Shown here one piece after another: positions 51,428 to 64,000 of a DNA stretch of 64,000 nucleotides (position 1 is its first letter; every line of letters starts with the position of its first letter). The notes under the pieces are model-generated. The model was not told where the DNA came from. It did no database searches and worked only from the letters and a program-made list of their open reading frames with translations. The DNA is taken from positions 9,315,097 through 9,379,096 of the forward strand of contig CM082598.2 in the NCBI GenBank assembly GCA_040954595.2. The letters are read 5' to 3'. The position numbers were made by a program, and so were the translations under genes. Source of the stretch: Balanoglossus misakiensis. Lineage: Eukaryota > Animalia > Hemichordata.

Positions 51428-53882
51428 CGCGCCAGAGGGAAAGTTTCCCGGGCAGCATCATTCCTTGCTTGGCGTGCACTGTTGCAGCAGTGTCGTGTGT
51501 GTGTGGAAGCCGGAGCAAGTGTTTCTCAAATCTCTTGTTGAGAACTTCACCAATAATTATCGTACGCCTTACAGTTTGTTTCTTTGTCTTTCAGGAGACA
51601 ACGAAGAAAGAAGTGCGTCTGTGCTGATCGATCGGTGTTTTACTGCCTGTAGTGTGGTTGGTGGCCAGTTCCCACACTTGCTTTCCTCAGTTGTTACCTT
51701 TTATATATTATATTGTATTTATTTGACAATAAAAATTAAAAAGGTAAATTTCATTAACTGTTATTGTTTGAGTATTACTGAACAGGCATTTTCCAGTCTG
51801 TGTAGGAGTAGTCTGTGTGGTTTTAGTTTGACTGACAATTGTCTAGTCTGCACTGTGCAGAGTTTTTGTGAACTGATATTTAGTCTAGTCTTTGCAGGGT
51901 GTGTGTGTGTGTGTGAACTGGCATTTGTCTGGGCTGTCTGTGCAGAGTGACAGTGAAAGGCTTTTGTCCAGTCTGGGCATAGTAACTGATTGGGCATTTA
52001 TCAGTCTGTCTATGCAAGTCATATTTTTCTATAGTCATTTTCAGTCTTTTAACTGCAACATACTTTGTCTTTGTGAAGCTTTTCATAATGGTGAGAAAGG
52101 GGTCGTTTGTGTTTTCCTCCAAGAGTAGAGATAGTTTGCTGGTTTTAAATAGACTGCTGAGGTCTATGGCAAATGCCACGGATGGAAGGAATAACATTCT
52201 AAACTCCATAAAGACCACTATACATAACAAACTGTGAAAACACTAGAAGTGGTAAAAACACCAGTAGAAGTTATATTGACAGAGTAAGTGAAGATGATTC
52301 AATTCTAGAAATGATTATGAATGAAGAAATGGTGGATACTTTTGAAACGTTTGACATACTAGAGATAGAAGAGGTAGAACAGGAATACCAATTACCTGAG
52401 GAAGATTTACAAGAGAGTACAACAAATGCATATGAAAATGATACAAATAATTACAGTGATTATTCAGATATGGAGTTAGAAAACTAAATGTAGAATTATA
52501 AGGCTGGCAATAATTTTATTGATTGAAAAAATATACATAAAATTCTTAAATTAGAAATAATCAAAAAGAAAAAAAAAGGTTTTTAAAAATTGCCAAATTA
52601 CCAATCAATGTCAGAAAAAGGAGAGTTGGACCAGTGTAGTCTGTTGTAGTACACCATGATTTCATTGTCAGATTAACCTCACTATGCATACTATGTACAT
52701 ACTGTCTATGCAGACCGCCACTTATCCGGGTTAATCTCTAAAACACATGAATATCCATTGTCAAAACCTAGGCTGTTATCGAGCATTGATTGTCTCATAA
52801 CTCATCTGCAATGTTATGTTCAGTGTAAAGTCCCGGCAGACTGCCGGGGACTGTGATTTGATCTGCCGAGTTTCCGTGTTACGCAATCGAAACACCCTTA
52901 CGGAGGTCCTATACATATAGTATGTTGCTTGAGAGGTCACATTCAACACTGCCCCGCGTCAAAGTGCTTCACCGTAGGCAAACCAAACTTGGCACAGTTA
53001 TAGCTAATACATAGACCCTGTGAAAAACCGTATTTACGCTTCTGCTCAAGACCCTCTAATTTTTGTATCGCTTCTCAAAAATTAGCATTCACATTCATAA
53101 CATCGTACGATCGAGTCACTGCCACATCGCCAGTATGCAGGGTTTCAAAATAATTTATTACAGCTAAAACGAGCGTCATAAAGCGTAAGACAACATCCTT
53201 TTAGACAATAATTGATGGAAAACGAACCTTGTCATCCAAAATTAAAGCGTGTACACCTCTTTTCATGCCAGCATGCAGGTTTCAAGTTTTCGGTAGGCCG
53301 CCATATTGGATAGAAGTGAAAACGAGGCTCTCTGTTGTAAGATTTTGGCGATCAGACTGACCGGTGTAGATTTGACACCGACGGAAAAAAACAAGTGAGA
53401 ACGCTTTACACCGGTGTTGGGCCGGTGTTAATTTGCGACGGCGATGGGTGGTGGGTCAGGGCCAGTGCTGGGCCAGCGCTCCGACGCAAATAGCCAGTGA
53501 GAACGCAAAGATAAACAAACACCGTTCAAAAGCGCCACCCTGCAGTGACTTTTGGGTATGTTTATTAGGTATAGCTCCATATAGGACTCGCCTGACGGCT
53601 CGTGCTATATGTCTCGAATTGTACCCAAATCTCGTGTATACCCGCCTGCGGCGGGTGTTATTGCTTAAATATTTGTGAACAATAAATTTTCGCAAACTAC
53701 GTGAGAGCCAAAAAAACACGAAAAAAAGTCACGTAAAACATAATTTTTGGAGATAACGATGCAGTGAAATACGATAATGCAAAAATTAATCGTCGCGTAA
53801 CAGTTGCCACTTTGAATATCGCAAAAAAATTTCTGTCACGAAAATTTCCTGTTTTACAGAATTAGTATGCCTGCCCTTTGAG

Positions 53883-54331
53883 TTTTTGGGTCCCATTGGT
53901 ATGTACCATGGGACCTTATGGGATCGGTTGTGTCTGTACGTATGGATGGATGGATGGATGTCTGGATGTCCGTCCACATCAAAAACTTAAAAACCGCTGC
54001 GTGTATCACCTTGATATTTGGTGTGCTGATGCAGGCTGGGCTGTAGATGGGAGTTTGTTCAAATGAAGTTGTCATTGCCAAAAATGTGCAAATTAGCTGG
54101 AAAATGTGAATTTGGTCAAAACTCAGTAACTCAAGAACTACTGGTCAGATTGCTTTGCAAAGTGGTGTGTATTTACTTTAATGAGTTGTTTTAATTAGGC
54201 AGGAACTCCCCTCCTGTGTTTTATATACACATCAAATTCCTGAATGATTACATAACTGGCTAAGTTTTAAAGAGGCCAGCTGTTCTATTTAGTGTATGTA
54301 CAGTACATATGCCATTGGCAGCTTATGGGTC
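53883..54331 (+). mobile_element. HINE/DINE-1-like element, second copy
   Basis: Matches 27860-28065 and 28450-28955. Confidence 0.6.
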
Positions 54332-54427
54332 AGTCAGTGTTTGCCCATTGATCTCTCACTATGTGTGTGTGTGTCTGTCTGTCTGTCTGTATATGGCCAT
54401 GTACTCCGGTGTAGACTAATAATATTG

Positions 54428-54575
54428 CATACAGTGTGCATAGGATCAGGATGGCGAATGGTTTCGGCGTGGGGGGTCATCATATTTTTGGGTATGTCAA
54501 AGGGGGGTCATCATTATTTGGTCCTGGGTGAAGGGGGGTCGGCTTGATTTTGAAAACCGATGACACAAACTTGCC
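54428..54575 (+). mobile_element. Family B fragment
   Basis: Matches 6943-7110. Confidence 0.75.
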
Positions 54576-55508
54576 TACACACCCCTACCAGAAAATGGTA
54601 TGCATTCTTGACAGGTTGACAGACGAAAGTTGACACTGATGCCCCATTCGAAAGACTCCTCCGTGTAAACACTTCGGAGACAAAAATCAGATGTAGGGTA
54701 CGGCGACGTCTTTTACTTGCGCTGCACGGTATTCTCTTATGCTGTTTGAGGCACCAGCATAAGAATAATGTACCATGTAAGTAAAAGACATTGCTGTACC
54801 CTACATCTGATTTTAATCAGATTGTAAATGGAATATTATGGAAGCTAATATAGATAGGCAAAGTACAGCTACCATAAGATTTTTTTTAAATTTAATATAG
54901 CCAAAGAAAGTTCATCTTCTGTATGTAGATAAAATCTTTATTAAAGTAATAAAGTCTTCAGAATCACTGTTAATATTTACAATGTTTTGTGTACTAGGTT
55001 AAATGTCAATGAAGTCTGGCTATGACGTCATATAATTTTGTAAAATGCAACTATTACATGTAAAACTTTCATCTTTGCACACTACCGTACTTACACTTTG
55101 AATAAAGAAGTTCTTATCAAAGAAATAGAACAATAATGAAAGTCATATTTTTAATGAATAGTGTACTGGATAAATGCTCAAAATGTGTGTTGGTTATATT
55201 TAGATACAATGTCATTTTACCGGTAATCAATGAAACACATATTTAACAGTCTTCTGCACAATTGTTAACAGTCTTCCGCATTTTGCATACCGGTAATCTC
55301 AGTCAGTAACTACAATTCAGTCCAAATTGTTATAGATATATTTTGATGATGTGGTAAACAGCTAAAAACCTGCATAAACAACTGGTCATGAGTAAAAACT
55401 GACCAAATGTGAAAATATTACTTCATGTAAAATCTCCTTCCTAACTCATACCTGAAGGCCTGCGATGTGTTTTGCATGCACTTAAAATCAGCTGTATCTC
55501 TGGTTTAA

Positions 55509-55739
55509 AGGGACTTGTAGACACAGGAGTGAAAAAACTCGCCAAAATGAATAATCGGTCTCTACCGTTTATTCATTTTGGCTAGATGTTTACGCTCATT
55601 TCCTACAAACGGGATGGATGTTATGTGTGGTCGAACGTTGATTCACTACATATCCACATGTAGAATAACATAAACGGTGTCTTGTATCAAACATAATTAA
55701 TGGAAAAAGGGCAACAAGAGAGAGAGAGTCTTTGTCCCT
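55509..55739 (-). mobile_element. Family C, internally deleted, both TTAA retained
   Basis: TTAA|agggac...gtccct|TTAA. Confidence 0.85.
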
Positions 55740-57386
55740 TTAATACTAAATTTTAAACGATTATTAGGTGATTACATAGAAGCACATGTAAACGACGAAT
55801 ATCAAACTTGCCTGTCTGTATTCAGTAAGCACTGAGTAGAAATCTTTCAAATCTGACATATTTTTGAAAGCGATATTTGCACTTTTTGAAATGTTGGTGA
55901 AATGTTGCAAAGAATATAAATTGCCCATAGATGGAATGATTATACAAAGGCTGGGAGAATACATTTGTTTGTAAAAATGGAATTTTTTTATGATAAGAAA
56001 AGAATATCACACGTTTTGTACATTATGGATATTCTTTGAAGAATCGTGCCAATATTGATAGATCATAGTGGCTGCAGATTATGGTGAATGTTGGAAGGTT
56101 GTACAATAAACTACACAAGATCATGATAATGTCTCATCATTGTGGATATCAAACTAATTTATACACATAATGTAAATTGGAACTAAAAAATTTAAAATAA
56201 AAAGTTACAATTGACAAATACATGTACTAGTACTGAGTAATTTACAGGAAATTGATAAAAATCTAATTATATGACTATAAAAGCATGTTGTTTCACATGT
56301 TAACATGTGATTTTGAAACACAGCATACAACTGTTAAATATCTGACTAAAAATATCTGTCTGAAAGAGGTAGTTGCAGAAATTCAGAAAAAGTATCAAGA
56401 TACCAGTTGTATTTCAAGCATTATTCACAATATTTAAAATCATGCACAGAAGGTGAAATCTTAAACCTAGCTTCCTTTTTTTAAAATTTGTTTCCAAAAC
56501 ATCTTGTTGTGGTATTGCATCGCTAAATGAATGAAACTGATGCCAAAGACATCGTGATCCTGTTTTGATCAGCATGTGCATATCAGCAGACCAGTTCTCA
56601 GGGATTCCACCAAATTTTAAAACAAGAAGACTGCATTAGCTGAAAAATATGCACATCAGAATAGAATGGTTGGCCTTTAGAGATAGCTGTGAGCTAACTG
56701 AACTTACTTAGTTCCAGATACTGGCATAAAAAATCTCTGCATATTAGTTCTGCCTGCCATAATAGCTATATTTGATCATATTGGGACATAAATCGATGTG
56801 TATGTGTTGATCATAATACCAGTACACTACTACTACTGAGTTTGAATGGAATACATGTGTATGCTGACACAAATTGATGTACATATCTACATCACAGTCA
56901 TTATCACTGGAGTAAGTTGAAATGAATTCAGTCCTGGCATGTCTGAGAATTCTGGTTGCCTTAAATAAGATTTCACTTTTTTTCACTTTTCAGTTACTAA
57001 GTATCAGAATGACCGACTATCACTTTAGCTTATGAACTCCCATTTCCAAAACATGGCAAAAATCGGCCATCTTGAAATTGTGTCGACCGTGTGAGATTTT
57101 TATCACTCACCTTGGTAGTAAAACCCTATTTAAGGTAGGGAGAATTGACTGCAGTTGAAAGGAAAGACATACAGACTGAAATTATACCACTAGTTTCCCA
57201 ACCCTGGTTTTCATGTGAGAACTTAAAATACAAAGTTGGACACTTCATCATCATTTCAAAATATGTAAAATTACTTTATATCCAGTAACCTAATACCAAC
57301 ATAAAAACTCTCAGCCCGACTTCCTTAGAAGATACACAATGTAGTTTAGCTAAGAATGAGAAAAAGAAGTCACAAGTTTGCAGATT

Positions 57387-57392
57387 TTTATT
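57387..57392 (-). terminator. Candidate AATAAA polyadenylation signal for the membrane-protein gene
   Basis: tttatt on the plus strand ~460 nt past the stop, followed on the minus strand by T/GT-rich sequence. Confidence 0.4.
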
Positions 57393-57851
57393 AAATCTAA
57401 TTTACATACTGCCTGTACAAAACATCGAGCTGTCTGTCAAGAATTTTTGCATGGGAATTCTTAACTATTTTTTCAGCTTATTCATGGATTTTAACACTGA
57501 CATGTATACACAGACAATGGTATATTTACAATTCACTATGTCATCTTACAACCCAAACGTCAAGATAACATCTGCATCAGGTTCTTTTGTAGTAGACAGA
57601 CACACAGACAGACAGATATAAGATGGCAAACTCTGTTGTACTGCCATACATATATGGGAGCTAAAATGTGTGCAGTATAAAAGAAAAGATTTTTTGCCAG
57701 ATAGTGGACCGGAAAGAACAGCTGACTTCAAGTTGCATTTATCAAATCTCAATGGTGATATTTCAAATTCTGTATCGGTCTATAAACTTTGATGTTTTGC
57801 TTGTTTATGCATAGAAAAATTGCTATTATAGCATTATGACTTGACTCTGAC

Positions 57852-58022
57852 TTAGTTGTCTGATTCTTCTGCAATTGGAGGCATTACAGGAAAAGATTGG
57901 CTTCTCTTTGGAGGACTGACGACATACTGATGACACTGTTGTCCAAAGGTTGACTGCAAATCTGGATATGAAAGTCTCTTGTATCTTCGGGGAGGAGTTG
58001 CTTGAAACACTGAACTGAAATT
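57852..58022 (-). CDS. Multi-pass membrane protein, terminal coding exon
   Basis: Acceptor tttacatttcag|, phase 0, NFSSVFQ...AEESDN* (171 nt). Confidence 0.8.
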   Translation of the reverse strand, partial: NFSSVFQATPPRRYKRLSYPDLQSTFGQQCHQYVVSPPKRSQSFPVMPPIAEESDN

Positions 58023-58040
58023 CTGAAATGTAAACATTAC

Positions 58041-58465
58041 GGATGTACGTTAAGTAAAATAAATTGAAAGTATTGTCATTTCCTTAAATTGTAGATTTTT
58101 GGATTCTCCTTTGTATGTATAATGAAAATCTGTGATAAAACATAGGGGTCAACGCGCTTGTTTTTGACATACAGAGCCATGAATTTAGTTGATAATAGAA
58201 GAAAACTGCTGGCTCAACATTTTTCACCAAAAATGAATGGTTTGTCTATGGAAAAAATATTTAACGCAATTCATCTCAAAAAACAGCGCGGTGAGCATAC
58301 AATTTTACTTGACCATTGAATTTATTTTTACTTGACTGAGCTAAGTGTAAAATTTCGTGAAAATGACAACAGTAGTGGTTTGTTTTCTAGCAATTATCAA
58401 TGTAATCCTATGGGAAAGGGACACACGTGCAGTGTTTACCAGTGTACGTTTTGTGCGTACATTCT
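58041..58465 (-). mobile_element. Kolobok-like family G copy in the last intron
   Basis: Matches 33913-34298; degenerate ggatgtacg...cgtacattc ends. Confidence 0.75.
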
Positions 58466-58548
58466 CAAAATAATGCCAGTCACAGCAAATGTGTATATAA
58501 ACATCAGTTAGACTGAATTTTAAATAAAAAGGTAGACATGAAACTTAC

Positions 58549-58656
58549 ATCACTAATTGTTTCGTTGAATACATCTTCTAAATCATTTTCTTCTGTTTTA
58601 TCTGGCGCATGGAAGACACATAACATTGCCCAGATAGGAAGCATAACTTTAAAAAT
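58549..58656 (-). CDS. Multi-pass membrane protein, internal exon (108 nt)
   Basis: ttacag|...|gtaagt, phase 0-0, IFKVMLPIWAMLCVFHAPDKTEENDLEDVFNETISD. Confidence 0.85.
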
Positions 58657-59035
58657 CTGTAATATAGTTAAATACAGAATCACTCATTTATTATTAAATT
58701 TATAAAAAATCTAATACAGCAAACATTACTAAAACTTGTGTGGTTTGACATACCTCATAAAACATTCAAGGTTCTGAAACAAGTCTAATATGGTGGTCAC
58801 ACAGGGACCATTAAGATGTTTCTGAACCATCTCAGATCACATTCTGTACTTAAACCTACATGTAGTGGCATATGAAACCCTACATAAAGTCACAAATGAT
58901 AAACCTCTGTATCTGTATTATGGTGACAACTGCCTGGTGACACTAGTGGTGTAAAGGTCATGAAAAATTAAGGTGGACAAATTTAATTATTCAGAAAGAA
59001 AAAGATGTTAGCACAAAATTGTGAGCGCTACTCAC

Positions 59036-59080
59036 ATTGACAAAGGCATACACAGTTGTGTAGATAGACTGCATATGGAG
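59036..59080 (-). CDS. Multi-pass membrane protein, internal exon (45 nt)
   Basis: tttgcag|...|gtgagt, phase 0-0, LHMQSIYTTVYAFVN. Confidence 0.8.
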
Positions 59081-59964
59081 CTGCAAATGATAAAACAATC
59101 ACATTAGTGTTATGATAACATTCCTTGGTATGCTACAGCATGGCATAAAGTGAGGTACGTACAGGTGCCTCAGTTGCTATCTGGACCAAAACTGCGACTC
59201 GCACTATTGTGAGAAGTCGCTATCTGCGACTGTCGCAAATGGTATCTGTGACTGTTGACTCGGTGTGAAATAGAAATTTATTCATACTGATTGGAAAAAT
59301 GTAAGGAGGTTACGCGTGGAAAACTGCCAGAGATTGAATAGACTCGCAGTTTTAAAATCAGGGATAGTAGGAAAAAATCAAATTATATCTGCATATCCGT
59401 CGTACACAGTATGGATACGTCTATGGTCAAGTCAACCCATCTACACAATCGTAGATATAATTCTAAGGGGTGGCAGATATCAGTCACAGGTATTATTTGA
59501 GACAGTCGCAGAGATAGTGACTCGCCAGAAAGTGAGACTTGCACTTTCAGTCACAGATAGCCTTCTGAGGCTCCTCTACATAAATGATAAAGTTGGTATT
59601 TTTTCAAAAGCAATATGCAAAATATTATTCTTTGTATTCATGGTCCAATGTTTGGTTTATTGCACTACTTATACAAAACATTGAATTGAGCAAACTGGTG
59701 GTTTCCAGGACCAGTACCAAGGTAAATCTAGTGGTCCTGGGACCACCACAAAGGTAAAATCATGTAACTTAGTCTGGTGACACTAAGGACTAATCGGGTT
59801 TGAAATTCAATTGTTCTGTCAGTGGATCCCCGTTGACCACCAGATTCCAATTTTAGTGGTCAATATGAAAAGTTGGTGTTCAAAAAAATTCCATCATTCA
59901 TGTTATCTTGCACCAAGTGCGTGAAGTTGTACACATTGCTGGATAGTTTGATCGACATCTGTGA

Positions 59965-60539
59965 AAGAGAAGGCATATACAACACTTGTAAGACCACTAG
60001 TTGAATACGCCTCCACTGTTTGGGACCCATATGAACAGACTGACATAGCTTTGTTAGAAAAAAACACAAAGACGCGCTGCACGCTACGTGACTGGCAGAT
60101 TTCGAAATCGCTCTAGTGTTGACAACATGATAAATACCTTACATTGGACATCATTAGAACAACGTAGAAAAGAAGCCAGACTATCGATGCTATACAAAAT
60201 TTCAACAGGAACTGTTGCCATGAACAATCTTCAGCATCTCCAACCCCCGCTAAGACTCACTAGACACATGCATAGTAAAAGTTATAAAATTCCCAAATTC
60301 AAAACAGACTACAGAAAATATTCCTTCTTTCCAAGAACAATCAAAGACTGGAATAGTACACCACCAGACATCATATCTGCAGGGTCACATGAATCCTTCA
60401 AATCTTCTTTGGCACTACACTTCACCAAACCAGAAAACTGACATTTTTGATGTCCTGTACTAGGGTGCACTCACTGGCAAAGCCTTCAATATGTTGAAGT
60501 TGGCCAGTAAGGTAGATAGATAGATAGATAGATAGATAG
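59965..60539 (+). mobile_element. CR1-group LINE 3' end (RT C-terminal region, 3' UTR, (TAGA)n tail)
   Basis: KAYTTLVRPLVEYASTVWDPY...QRRAARYV...LHWTSLEQRR...YSFFPRTIKDWN; one frameshift in an A-run; microsatellite tail 60513-60539. Confidence 0.9.
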
Positions 60540-60579
60540 TAGGTCTATGTCTCACAGTAATTAAAATAACCCATCATAA

Positions 60580-60773
60580 AGGGACAAACAAACTCACCAA
60601 AATGAATAATCGGTGTCTACGCGAGATTTTTACTCTCATATCCTACAAACGGGATGGATGTTGTGTGTGGTTGAACGTTGATTCAATATATATCCACATG
60701 TGGAATAACAGAAACAGTGTCTTGTATCAAACAATTAATGGAAAAAGGGCAGCGAGAGAGAGACTTTGTCCCT
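60580..60773 (-). mobile_element. Family C, internally deleted
   Basis: agggacaa...ctttgtccct|TTAA. Confidence 0.8.
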
Positions 60774-60777
60774 TTAA

Positions 60778-60962
60778 AGGTATACGGTCACCTCCAATTT
60801 ACATATCGCCATATATAGCTGAAATAGCGTATTTGAGAGTTCTAAAGAACGTATGGTGGCGCTATTTTTTTCGCGTGTGCCACCCACTGAAAATCTGTGA
60901 TTGGTTAGATCTCAATTTACCATGGTAACCGTAGCTCAATTTGCATAGGTGACCGTATACCT
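60778..60962. mobile_element. Kolobok-like 185-bp MITE
   Basis: TTAA|aggtatacggtcacct...aggtgaccgtatacct|TTAA; perfect 16-bp TIR. Confidence 0.88.
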
Positions 60963-60985
60963 TTAATCTATGGGAATACACTTAC

Positions 60986-61020
60986 AAAAATTCCACTGCA
61001 TCCTTCTGTTTCTGTTCCCA
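60986..61020 (-). CDS. Multi-pass membrane protein, internal micro-exon (35 nt)
   Basis: ttgtctttcag|...|gtaagt, phase 1-0, (L)GTETEGCSGIF. Confidence 0.8.
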
Positions 61021-62400
61021 CTGAAAGACAAAATATTCACATGTTACATCTTAGTGACAGCATTTGTACATTCTATGAACATGTGGTGTAAATTTTGTTG
61101 TATTCTTCAATATAAAAATGTAGTCAGACGCTCTCAGACGCAGTTACGTTGGCGTTCAAATTGCCAGATGGCGGGCAACAACATGGTGCAGACAACGACC
61201 ATGCAGACAAAACGCCATGAGGCTGATGAGGCACCATGCCTGATACATGTTACGTGTCTGGTGGTTCTAAAGTAAAAAACATACTGTGAGAAACTTTTAC
61301 TGGATGCCGAAATATTATTTGCCTGTCACCTGGAAATGACAATGCCGTGGGTCACATGGCCAGATCATGTGATTGATAGCTAAAAGTTTTAGAGTGAACT
61401 GATGTAGCTGGAGATCCTGTTATACACATAGTGCATTTTCCCGTCAGTAGAATTGGATAAAAAATAATTGCAATCATACCAAGCCATATTCTATAAAATC
61501 ATAGATATTTCACATTTATATACATGGGCAAATGTGAAAGCACAAAAATGAAGAAAGTGAAAGTAAGATAAATGGACCTTCAGCAAAAAAAAGTCCAAGA
61601 AGTGATGTTGAGTCAGTAAAGTCCTGTAAAGACAGACAGTCAGTAAAGTCCTGCCCAACACATAGCATATATCAAACTACATGTATCAAAATCTCGCTGT
61701 CAGTTCTTGTGGGCATCATTTTTCATCAATGGTGAGAAGGTTGTGTAACTGATGAGAAGTGGATTATGTTCAAAAACCTAACTTTTATGACTATTTGTCA
61801 ACCTTATCATGTTAGGAAGTACATGTTGTTAGAAGATGTCTTTGCATGCACACTGAGAATGATTGGTTTTGCTACCTAGGTGTGTGACAAAAATCTCAAG
61901 TCGATAGCCGATTTTTGCAATGATTAAGAAATGGGAGTTCATAAGCTAAAGTGATATTCGGTCGTTCTGATACTTCGTAACAAACAAAATTTTAAAAATG
62001 TGAAAAAATTCGATATGTCAACTACAAAGGAAGAAATGTTTGACCAAAGGAAGTCATGAAATACAGTAAACATATCATTTCTTCTATTTCTTACTACAGT
62101 GAGTTGTCGACTTTTTACCCAGAATGCAATTATTATAATGTGATTTGAATCCCTAGCACAAAGTGAAAACCTATTTAAGGCAGCCAGATTTCACACAACA
62201 ATTTTCACACAGACTGCAACATGTTCTAGGCTGCAGTACACATAAACTGCAACACAGGCTGTACTATGTACGGTGCAAGTCTTGTTAGTTAGCTACAAGG
62301 GTGATGAGATTTTGGAATAGTCACAGATTGAAACCTCACACAGCTAGACAAAACAAAATGTTATCACTTTGGACGAAACAGTAAACAGTGATATACTTAC

Positions 62401-62465
62401 AAGATTTAACTATTATGTCATACAGCAAAGTCACAGTTGCAGATAGTTCAAATACAATAACAAGT
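62401..62465 (-). CDS. Multi-pass membrane protein, internal exon (65 nt)
   Basis: atttag|...|gtaagt, phase 2-1, (G)LVIVFELSATVTLLYDIIVKS. Confidence 0.82.
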
Positions 62466-62654
62466 CTAAATATACAAAAGAAATGTTAGAAAATATTATT
62501 GACCACTTTCTGTACATTTACTAACTTTAAAATACTGCAGAATGACATGAAAACCGGTGGTGGCATTATGCACATTTCAATTTCATACAAATATTCTTAT
62601 TCAAATGTTTGATAAGATTGGATTAACAGTAAATGATTTAAATGTATATTTTCA

Positions 62655-62866
62655 TGAGAGTGAAAAACTCGCCAAAATGAATAATCAGTCTTTATCATTT
62701 ATTCATTTTGGTGAGATTTTTACTCTCATATCCTACAAACGGGATGGAAGTTGTGTGTAGTCGTACGTTGATTCACTACATATCCACATGTAGAATTACA
62801 TAAACAGTGTCTTGTATCAAACAAAATTAATGGAAAAATGCAGCGAGAGAGAGAGACTTTGTCTCT
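62655..62866 (-). mobile_element. Family C half copy
   Basis: Ends gagagactttgtctct|ttaa. Confidence 0.8.
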
Positions 62867-62963
62867 TTAATATCGGTTCAGACATGTCATGTTTTTATCT
62901 CAGGGCAATCTAACACATTATTTGAAGCTGGGTTGGTGTAATGATATGTTTCATCTCCTTGTA

Positions 62964-63139
62964 GAGTAAATCCTGTCTAAACCGAACACCAAAGCGACTG
63001 AAGAAAACATTCGGTTTGTAGGTGTCTAGTTTATAGAGGTTCTTTTAACATGTGGTTCTATGTGAAAGGGACTGGAACAGGTGTTCGGTATAGACAGGTT
63101 TCAAGATTAGACAGGGTTCAATTTAGACAGGTTTTTCTG
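62964..63139. mobile_element. Tc1/pogo-like MITE
   Basis: TA-flanked; inverted cctgtctaaa / tttagacagg subterminal repeats. Confidence 0.65.
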
Positions 63140-63159
63140 TAGAGGTATTTTTCACTTAC

Positions 63160-63301
63160 CCCCATAAGTCTTTCTTGAGTGCTTTTCTACTGGTGTCCAA
63201 TGTACTTACTGTGTCCAGTTTACTTGAGATAAATACTGCGGCCACTAAAAAGGCTTGGACGAGTATAAACTCCATGGTGGATAACATCAACCAGTAGGGT
63301 T
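63160..63301 (-). CDS. Multi-pass membrane protein, most 5' exon identified in the window (142 nt)
   Basis: ttctgatag|...|gtaagt, phase 1-2, PYWLMLSTMEFILVQAFLVAAVFISSKLDTVSTLDTSRKALKKDLW. Confidence 0.85.
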
Positions 63302-63916
63302 CTATCAGAAAGTTTACAAGTTATTAAAGCTCTATTAGCTGTAACTTTTTGCTGTGTTTTAGCATATTTGTTTTAATAATAATAATAATAATAAAGAATT
63401 ATATAAAAATAATAATTTTAATAATAATAGGTCAGATTTCATCATAGAGGTATCTTGGCTCAAAAAGTACAAAAAATGATAACCGTTTTGTGATCACATG
63501 TTTCTATGGCAACTATTTCGGGGCTCAAATTATGCTTTTTTTTTACAAAATTCCATTAATAAGTAGTCAGATCACCCCGAAATTTCACCAAATATGTACC
63601 TAAGGTCAAAGACGAATAAATATGATTTTAGTTTTGATAACACACGTTTTAATGTCACTCGTTTGGGGGCTAAAATTATACATTTTTCCAAAATCCTTTT
63701 TAAAACAGTCCATTGCAATGACAATTGTGCTAAGAGAGGGTATCACAAATCAATTTAAATAATAATAATAGGTTGGATTTGAAACAAAAATCACACTGGC
63801 ATGATTTTTTGGTCACAAAGAATTCGTTTGGGCTTTATTTTCCGAATGCACATTAATAAGTTGGTGAAATTTGACTTTTCTTTCAAGACAGAGGAACTGC
63901 ACATGTGCAGAACACC

Positions 63917-64000
63917 TAGCCCGGAGACCAGGCGTAGTAGGGGAAAAGAAACGCCCGGTGACAGTCTCTATTTACGCACCGAATTCTGTGCGCAGAACGA
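63917..64000. mobile_element. Possible left end of another TAG-terminated (AcademH-like) MITE
   Basis: Abrupt GC/CpG-rich start tagcccggagaccaggcg resembling the other TAG-ended elements. The other end would lie outside the window. Confidence 0.3.

Noticed and set aside
51465-51950. 161-aa hydrophobic ORF
   Set aside because: Non-ATG start; the composition is explained by TG-rich low-complexity sequence.
1-64000. rRNA, tRNA or prokaryotic defence systems
   Set aside because: None recognisable by eye; tRNAscan-SE or Infernal would be needed to exclude small RNAs formally.

Overview
This is AT-rich, intron-containing eukaryotic DNA with no prokaryotic operon structure. The transposon mix (Kolobok-, Harbinger-, Zator-, AcademH-like MITEs, CR1/L2/Tx1 LINE ends) suggests a marine invertebrate, which is inference. 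Two host genes are supported, both on the minus strand. One is an intronless GNAT acetyltransferase CDS resembling insect-type AANAT (45542-46231). The other is the last six coding exons of a multi-pass membrane protein (57852-63301), reconstructed by hand from GT-AG sites and phase-compatible frames. Most other annotatable sequence is non-autonomous DNA transposons, many with intact TIRs and TSDs and several nested, plus retroelement and transposase relics. Most ORFs in the track are spurious. The most unusual structure is at 46862-48187: two opposed, circularly permuted copies of a ~670-bp hairpin-bearing unit with a flipped hairpin tip. It resembles several other TSD-less hairpin elements in the window that may move via a circular intermediate. 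All calls are by eye; no database searches were run.
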